The notes under the pieces were generated by a model. It was not told the DNA's origin. It was given only the letters and a program-made list of their open reading frames with translations, and searched no databases. From Chrysomallon squamiferum (taxonomy: Eukaryota; Animalia; Mollusca), in assembly GCA_012295275.1 (NCBI GenBank), contig CM022672.1, positions 4,836,001 to 4,900,000 on the forward strand: 64,000 nucleotides of DNA, in the 5' to 3' direction. This document shows positions 55,874 to 64,000 of this stretch, piece after piece (position 1 is the stretch's first letter; the number at the start of each line of letters is the position of its first letter). A program made the position numbers and the translations under genes.

Positions 55874-56610
55874 GGTTTTGTTTTTTCATTTCCATTCTTT
55901 TTAAATACCTTTTTGTTGTTGATGTTGTTTTAATGTATTTTTGTTATCGGCTTCTCACAATTAAATATCATACGAGCAATAATTCGTTACATTTTTGGAC
56001 ATAAACAGGATTATATATATATAAAATATTTATATATAAAATCCTGTTTATGTCCATTTTCGTCCATATATAGATGCAACAACACAAACAGTTTTTTTTT
56101 TTTTTTCATGCTCTTAATTAATCCTGAATGATTACGATATTGACAAACATGAATGTATTAATAAAACTTCAAGAGTACAATATTTGAATAATACAGGACT
56201 TTTAACATAACAAATCACTAATTCTTCTTCTTCTGTTATTATTATTATTATTATTGCTAAAGGGTCAAGATGCGAGACACTTCTATATGTTTATATTAGT
56301 CGTCTGTCTCAGTCTTCCTGATCTAGTAAAGGTTGTTGCTAGTGGATTCCGTCTGGCTTTTGGGTCTAGATCTCGACCATCGGTGGCGGTAGCAGTCGTG
56401 GTAAGTAAAGATCTACTGTTAGCACCGAGTTCACACCAGCAGCACACATAGATATTTGTGTTGGTAAAAATAAATAAATGCGATGACAGCGGTCATTAAA
56501 AGCATTAGAATATATATAAAAAAAAAAGTTATTTGCTAAAAGTATCTTTGAAAACATTTGATTGAAATAACTTGCGCTTATGTGAAACCACAAATATTTA
56601 TTATTATTAT

Positions 56611-56649
<39 letters not shown>

Positions 56650-56654
56650 TAGTA

Positions 56655-56706
<52 letters not shown>

Positions 56707-59644
56707 TTGCAGTTCTGCATTCAGGAAGTTGTACACGTAGTCGCTGTGTACGGTTTTGTATTCAAAGTGCTTCCTTTTGTGGACAGTACGACTGCAAGTG
56801 CTCTCATGATGACCACGGGTGTTATTCCATTTTTGGTCAACATTATTTCAACATGGCGGAGCGATGTTACTAAAACGGAAACATCTGTAAATGACGCCAG
56901 AAGTCAATCAGAGCATTCGGAAAATTCAAATTCAAACAAAAACAGTATCTCCGTTTCCACCAAGATGACCAAGTTCCTGAAAGGTCACATTAATATTTTT
57001 AAAATACTGTTTATTGTACTGCAGATGACATCTGTATTTTTGTGCTTGTATTGCATTGTGAAATTCGATTCAGTCAAGGCGGAGCTTTTGGTATGGAGTG
57101 TAATATTCATGGTGGTTGTTTCCCTTAGGTGGATTGAGAACCATTCAGAGAGGACACATATTGGTGTAAATATTAATAACAACATAAAATTTACACTAAT
57201 CCATGTATTTTCTTCTTATCCACGAGACAAAGGAAAGACGATAACAGTCCTGATTTCGTCTTTTCTTCGATTGGTTGCTGCCATAGCATTATTCTTTTCT
57301 TATTTGGAACCAGATATTGGAAACCCTTTTAAACAGTTATCAGCAAGTATTCATGCAGAGGTTCATACCGTTAGTTACTTGGCGTTTGTCCCACTTGCAG
57401 CTCACATCGTCTCGACTTGGCTGTGTTACCATCTGGCTCAGCTCGCCTGTAAACTGTGCATGCAGACAGTTGGATTTGCGCTACCTCTCTCTCTAACCGG
57501 CCCAGTCACTGTTGTCTTACTGTTATTCATTCCCGATTTTGGAAAATTATTTTCGTTTTCTGTCGTTACCCCTCAGTTTGATACAAGGATGGGACTCATA
57601 CTGACAGCATTTGCTACTGGATTCATCTCACAACTGTTTCTGACCCGCCATGTTTGGACAGAAATGCCTCGTACAAGACTGGCTTTCACAGAAAGATTAT
57701 TCACCCTTCCGCACTACTGCTCTCCTCTCCTTGATCTGTCTTTGCTTCACAGCAGACGTCGCAAGGACCCAGAAGAACAAATCCAGCAGCCCGACACTGA
57801 GAACTTTCCCATTATAAAGGTTTGTGCCACAATGTGGCATGAAAACAAGAAAGAAATGACACAGTTTCTACAGTCTATTTTCAGGTAAGACAAATGAATA
57901 AACATGGGCATAAATAAAAACAAAAGGAAGTATTATTATTTCATTTGACTTCAATAAAGAAAAAAAATATCCGACGTTGGTTATTTTAGATTAATTTTAT
58001 GACATTGTTTCTTCTCAAAACCAAACACTTTATAAATCTGAGATTTATTAAGTACTGAAATGTAAATAACTGAGTAAGTCGAACTCCAGACTTTTTACAT
58101 GGTGCCATTGCTGGTTGATTCTTAGATATGTGGCTATATCATTGTAACTTTGCACTGTTCTTTACAGACTGGACAAAGACCAGTGTTCAAGAAGATTTGT
58201 AAAATATGATATGAAAAAACAAATAGATTATTACGAATTTGAAGGTAAGTGACAGATATTGTCAAATCCTTTTTATATAATCATAATGCCATAAATAATC
58301 ATTTAAGCTACCTGCTTTGATGGAATTAATTTTTATTTATTTAGAAACTTACTTATTTAATTTTATTATTATTACTATTATTATTATTATTGCTTTTTAT
58401 TTGTAATTCTATTGTTGTTACTATGGTTGCTGCTGATTATAATTAAAAAAGCCAAAACTATTTATGAGTTTAGCTTATAGGACCGTTTTCATTTCAGTTC
58501 ACATAATGTTCGACAATTCATTCAATTACAACAGTAATGGAATAGCAATCCCAAATGAGTATGTGCTGCAATTTATTAAACTGCTGGACAATGCTGTTAG
58601 GTAATTTTTATTTAACATCATGATTATTTTTGTTTTGTTTCTTTTTTTTTCACCATTTTTTCACTTTTTTTTATTTTATTTTTTTATCAATTATTAACTT
58701 TGCTTGCTGGCTTTGCATCTGATTTGCATCAATTTATATCATCATATACATTTACATTTATTCAGAGTCATTAAAAAAAAAATCTTACACTGAATAAATT
58801 TATAAGATCATTTGATTGTATTTCAGCCAAGTTTTGAACCGACCTGCCAAACTGCCAAACCCAGACAGGTACAGTACGCCATACGGTATTCGACTCGAGT
58901 GGAAACTGCCAGGAGGAAATAAGCTCATCACACACCTGAAGGATAAAAAGAAAATTAAGATTAAGAAAAGATGGTCGCAGGTATTATTTATTTTTCATAA
59001 TCTTTATCATCACTACAAATAAATAAATAAATAAATAAATATTTCTAGTCAATAAACAAATGTTTTCTTTTTCTATAAATAAGTGTTACTTTTCAGTTAA
59101 TGTTTACTTGTGTACAAATAAACATTTTCTTTTCAACAAATAAATGTCACTTGTTAATGATTGTTTACTTGTAAGTAAATATTTTCTTATTATACATGTT
59201 TTCTTTTCAATAAATAAATGTTTACTTGTCAGTAAACATTCAAACAATCGTGAAGTGACTGTAGTGTATATACAGTTAACCAAATTTTAGCACATTTTAT
59301 TATTAATGTTATATGTGCTAACTGAGCAAGGCATCTTTTCCACCTACTTTCTGTTTATCTGGAAAGAACTATAGCTGGAAAAGAAAATTGTCCAGTAGCC
59401 TAACCATTTAGCTAAAGACAGCTACAAACAAAACAATCATTAACATTTGACAGATTGTTCAATTTATATCAGCGATTTGAATCACATTCTGAAAACGAGC
59501 TATACATTAAACAATATAATGAAAATGAAGTATAAAAATAGTGCTCATGCACTGGTTACGATTCTGTTTCAGGTCATGTATATGTGTTATCTGCTTGATT
59601 TCAAGATGAGAGAAAACAGCTCAGCTGCAGATAGTGATGTAAGT

Positions 59645-59707
<63 letters not shown>

Positions 59708-62700
59708 CACATATGTTTTCAAAAATAGATTGCTAAAGGAAAACATGCTTCTACAGGTTTTAATAATTGTATGAAAACAAGATACCTGCCTATCAGTGAC
59801 AAACACAAGAATGAAATATCACAAACAAATTTAAAAAAGAAAAAAATCACAAAACACTTTCTTAATAAAGGTAAAATAAATTTTAAGAAATGTTGATCAC
59901 TTCCCTCGCTACTGTTATACAGATATATACAGATCCCGGTTGCATGAAAATTAATGTGTATTTATATGTATGTGTGTATACATATATTCATACGCACATG
60001 TATACTCTATCAAACAAAAAATAATAATAAAAGTAACAAAGAAAAGAAAAAAAAACACATACAAAAATACAGAGCATAATTTCGTTATTTATTCATATTG
60101 GGTGGAGCAGTTGTTGGCAAAGCATTCACTGCAGCATCTGTAAATATGTTGTTATCCATCACATCACTGTAGAAGGAACCATACTTGCTGCCATCTTCTA
60201 AGACCCAACCCTGTACCTAGACACACACATATATATATATTCAAGTGAATTATTCTAACACATGTTCAGATTGAAACAAAATATATTATAATTCTGGTAT
60301 GTTTCTAGGCGAATCGAACGTACATACTTGCTCTGGATGGGGACATAGACTTTGAACCGAAAGCTCTATTATATCTGATAGACAGAATGAAGAAAAACTC
60401 ACATGTTGGTGCTGCTTGTGGAAGAATAAAGCCGAAAGGTTCAGGTATTTAACATTTTATATATCATTATGTAAAATAATTTATGGTAATTTAATTCGTA
60501 AAATCACATACACACAGAAAATTAATAATAATAAAACTTAATATATTCACTATTTCAAAGGTATATTCTGAATGTATTCAACTGTCTAATCTTTCTTACG
60601 TCAGGTCCTGTTGTCTGGTATCAGAAATTCGAATACGCTGTTGGTCACTGGTTGCAGAAGTCAGCTGAACATATTTTTGGCTGTGTTTTGTGCAGTCCCG
60701 GCTGTTTCAGTTTGTTTCGCGGCAGTGCTCTGAAGAAAGTGATGAAAATTTACACACGAAAACCAGAGACTGCACGTCATCATCTTCAGTATGATCAAGG
60801 TAATTATAAAATAATATACGATTAAGGAAATTGCAATATGATCACAATAAATTAAGAGGGCAAAACTGATTTTTACATCCATTCAAGAACAGGTACTCTT
60901 GAAGTTTACATCTGTCACTGTTATCAAAGGCTTTATTCACTTTTCTGTTACATTTTCCATTGTAAGACATCTGTAACAAAACAGAAGAAACCATAAGTAT
61001 TGTTTAAAATATATATTTACATAACTGAAAATAATTATGCATTAGATCAAAGAAAACATTGTCAGGTTATGAGTAAAAACTTAAATAATTTTAAATATAA
61101 ATCATTGTTATATATCATTTTTATATATAAATACAAAACAAATATACATATGGATAAAATAGGTATAATAACCTAGTAAAATATGCTGATTTATGACATT
61201 AACTTTAATGTAATTACAATAATTGAATGTGAAAATTACAGTAAATAACAATGTTTTTTAATATACTATTATTTTTGACTTCTATTTAGGAGAAGATCGT
61301 TGGCTATGCACACTGTTACTTCAGAAAGGCTACAGAATCGAGTATGTTGCAGCATCAGAAGCTCTCACTTATGCTCCAGAAAGTTTTAAAGAATTCTTTA
61401 ATCAAAGACGAAGATGGCTGCCATCAACTATGGCCAACATTGCAGACCTGATCCAGAGTCGGGCTTCCACCGTTTCAAAGAATCCAAACATCTCCAATCT
61501 GTACATATTTTATTTACTCGTTCTCTTCGTGTCTTCAATATTAGGACCAGCGACAGTTCTGTTAGCAATGGAATCATCAGTAGAATCAGTGTTTAAAATG
61601 CCAACATGGTCTGCCTACCTTATCACATATGGACCAACAGCAGCCTTTGTTTTTATCTGCTTAAAATTGAAGCCAGGTACACAGATAGGTGTTGCTGCTG
61701 TGTTCAGCACTGTGTTTGCTCTTTTGATGATGGCTGTAATAGCAGGCACCTTTGTCAGCATTGCACGTGAAGGCTGGATCACACCCGATTCTCTGTTTCT
61801 CTACATTCTCATTGCTACCTTTTTGATAGCAGGCATCTTACATCCGAATGACATTGGTGACTTGGTCTGGGGCCTTCTTTATTTTTTATGCATTCCTGCT
61901 GGTTACCTTTTCTTGATTATTTACTCAATATGTAATTTAAATGTGACTTCATGGGGAACCAGAGAAAACAAATCGTCAAATAAGCCACTGCAAGACTTAG
62001 GACAAGAAGACCAAAGCACTGGTAACTTTGACATGGCAACCAGATTACTTAAAGAGAGACTGGAAGATGACAGAAAAAAACCTGGATGTTTTCAAGCATT
62101 ATTCAGAGGAAGTCACAACAGCTTAACAACCAATGTCGTTTTGTTATCCATTCTTGACTTGCTCCAACATGACAAAAGATCAAGACAAAATGATGATTGC
62201 TCTGATAGAATAACAATAACACAACATTCTCTTAAAACATCAGTATCTTCTATATCTCCTCAAGAAATGGAAAATGGTATCTGGCTAATTAACAATGCCC
62301 TCTTCATTGTCAATGAAAAATCTTTGACAGACAACGAAAACAAATTTTGGAAAAGATTGTTAAATACATACCTAAATCCACATGAGGAATCAACTGATAT
62401 TGAAACAAAACATGTTGATAAAATTATGAAAAGTTATCGGGATAAAATGGCTTTTGCTTTCTTTTTTGTGAATGGACTATGGTTGGTGATCATGATAGCA
62501 ATTCAGAGTGTGAAACAAGAACTGAACATTGTAATATACCAGAACTACGGTGCTCCAATAATAGTACATCCACTTGGCCTAATTTTTCTCGGAGTTTTTG
62601 CCATTCTGCTCCTGTTACAAATGGCTGCTATGGTCAAACACAGATATGGAACACTGCTGCATGTTCTATCATCAATAAACATCAGGAAAAAAAAAGATTT

Positions 62701-63067
62701 TGATTATGTAAAATATGCAGACGCATTATTATCAGATGATACAGTAGAAACCCTGAGTACAGACAGTGGTCTTTCAGCTTGTACAACTTCAACCAACACC
62801 CTCAAAAACCTTCCCAATGAAACATCCCAGGTCATTTACAGTAGTCCTGAGGACAATGAAAACAATATTATTCATCAGTACAACAGACGTTATCAGCAAA
62901 GGAGACCACATCAAAGAGTAAGAAACTATGACAGAGAAATGCAGTATGCAGATTCAAGTCGTGAGGTATATGATCTAAGACAACGTCTACAAAATAGACA
63001 CAAAACTGTTAGAAACTGGAGCAATCAACGTTCTCGAGCACCACTTTCCAACACTTTCTATAATTAA
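50701..63067 (+). CDS. CHS: Chitin synthase (GT2, metazoan type), paralogue B; 15 coding exons, 1458 aa; no myosin or SAM domain
   Basis: Exons 50701-50750, 51244-51354, 51787-51840, 52676-52747, 55170-55244, 55569-55764, 56263-56400, 56713-57884, 58168-58244, 58498-58600, 58827-58980, 59573-59638, 60309-60444, 60605-60799, 61290-63067; sum 4377 nt, open. In-frame TGA at 50677 lies upstream of the ATG within the same putative exon (acceptor AG ending 50649). Motifs CATMWHE, HIMFDNS, KKRWSQ, LALDGDIDF, QKFEY, GEDRW, QRRRW, SWGTRE. Confidence 0.95.
55996..56056. repeat. 61-bp inverted repeat/hairpin in CHS-B intron 6
   Basis: TGGACATAAACAGGATT ... AATCCTGTTTATGTCCA is a perfect 17-bp inverted repeat around an AT-only, largely self-complementary core. 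Confidence 0.85.
59035..59245. repeat. Degenerate minisatellite (AATAAATGTTTTCTTTTC / ATGTTTACTTGT units) in CHS-B intron 11
   Basis: TGTTTACTTGT recurs at about 59101, 59162 and 59219, alternating with TTTTCTTTTCAA units. Confidence 0.6.
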
Positions 63068-63435
63068 TTTTTTGAAAAATGTAATGCTTGTCAAAATCAA
63101 GCTTATTTAGTGGAAAGAATGCCTTCATGAAGTATATGATGTACAAAAAGATGACTGCAGTAGGAGTATTGAGGCATTCTAAAAACATTACAGATCAAAT
63201 ACATTGTCTAATGAAAACACCAGTAACCTATCATTTGCAACAAATAACACAACTAACACAGCTGAATAGATGTTTATGAAGTATTTCAAAAAGGTAATCA
63301 AAGCATATTTAACAAATTATTAATTATTTTTATTAATTTATTAATATATTTATTAATTAACAAAAGAATTGTATTCATGTAAATTTGTTTACTGTACTAA
63401 TAATTTAACTGAAATTATTTTTTGTGTTATTTCTA

Positions 63436-63441
63436 AATAAA
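63436..63441 (+). terminator. Candidate polyadenylation signal for CHS-B
   Basis: AATAAA ~370 nt after the stop codon; weak evidence in AT-rich DNA. Confidence 0.25.
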
Positions 63442-64000
63442 GAATTCCTATCCATCAGCAAGTGTTCCTCATTTTTATACATTATTATTATTAGTCATTG
63501 TTTACCCGTTTGTCTATTTATTATCTCTTATTATACATACTGACCAATTAAATGTTTTATGGCTCTGGTTAACAAAGCAAAAACTTTTCTTTTTTTTAAA
63601 TTGGTAAATGAAGCAGCAACTTTACATCATATATATATATATATATATATAACACTACTTACCCTAACACATAAAAATAGTGAGGCCACAGTTGGGAAGA
63701 ACCATTTGTGTAGTGTCTGCCTGTCTCTCTCCTCTCTCTCACTCTTATGTGTGTATATGTGTATATATGTATATATGTAGATAGACAGACAGATACACAA
63801 AATTGAATTTTAATATTAATTCATGAAAGGAATCTGGCACAAAGTTCTAAAACCACTGAATTCATCTTTCAAAAGTATTTTAATGACATCAGGGAAACAA
63901 CTCTAAAATGTCGAAGTGTGCTTAATGTTTATGTTTGTAAATGGATTAATATAAACATGCAAAATCTGGTTCAAACAAGAAATAATTTTATCAGTTTTGT

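Overview
AT-rich, microsatellite-dense eukaryotic genomic DNA with spliceosomal introns, most likely a mollusc or other lophotrochozoan (inferred from gene content). I reconstructed four protein-coding genes by hand from splice sites and reading frames. (1) The 5' part of a leucine aminopeptidase LAP3/M17 gene on the minus strand (7 exons, 4370 to <1), with a mitochondrial-type presequence and one GC-AG intron. (2) Head-to-head with it, a 4-exon gene (4938-8401, 559 aa) encoding signal peptide, degenerate F-type-lectin/F5-8C domain, Ser/Thr stalk and C-terminal TM. (3, 4) Two tandem, apparently intact chitin synthase genes, CHS-A (21387-35691, 15 exons, 1611 aa) and CHS-B (50701-63067, 15 exons, 1458 aa), neither with a visible myosin motor or SAM domain. 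The paralogues are a patchwork of near-identical and deeply diverged blocks, which suggests gene conversion, and they differ by one intron and one GC donor. Their diverged N-termini are built from symmetric phase-2 mini-exons that keep NPVY and PPADY (PxxDY) motifs, with the PPADY exon duplicated in CHS-B. My hypothesis is that this is an adaptor-binding module replacing the fused myosin motor. Between the CHS genes lies a ~6.2-6.7 kb non-coding tandem duplication carrying a perfect DR1 nuclear-receptor element, and its second copy has a Tc1/mariner-type MITE insertion. Most ORFs in the supplied track are microsatellite artefacts. All coordinates were read by eye and no database searches were run.
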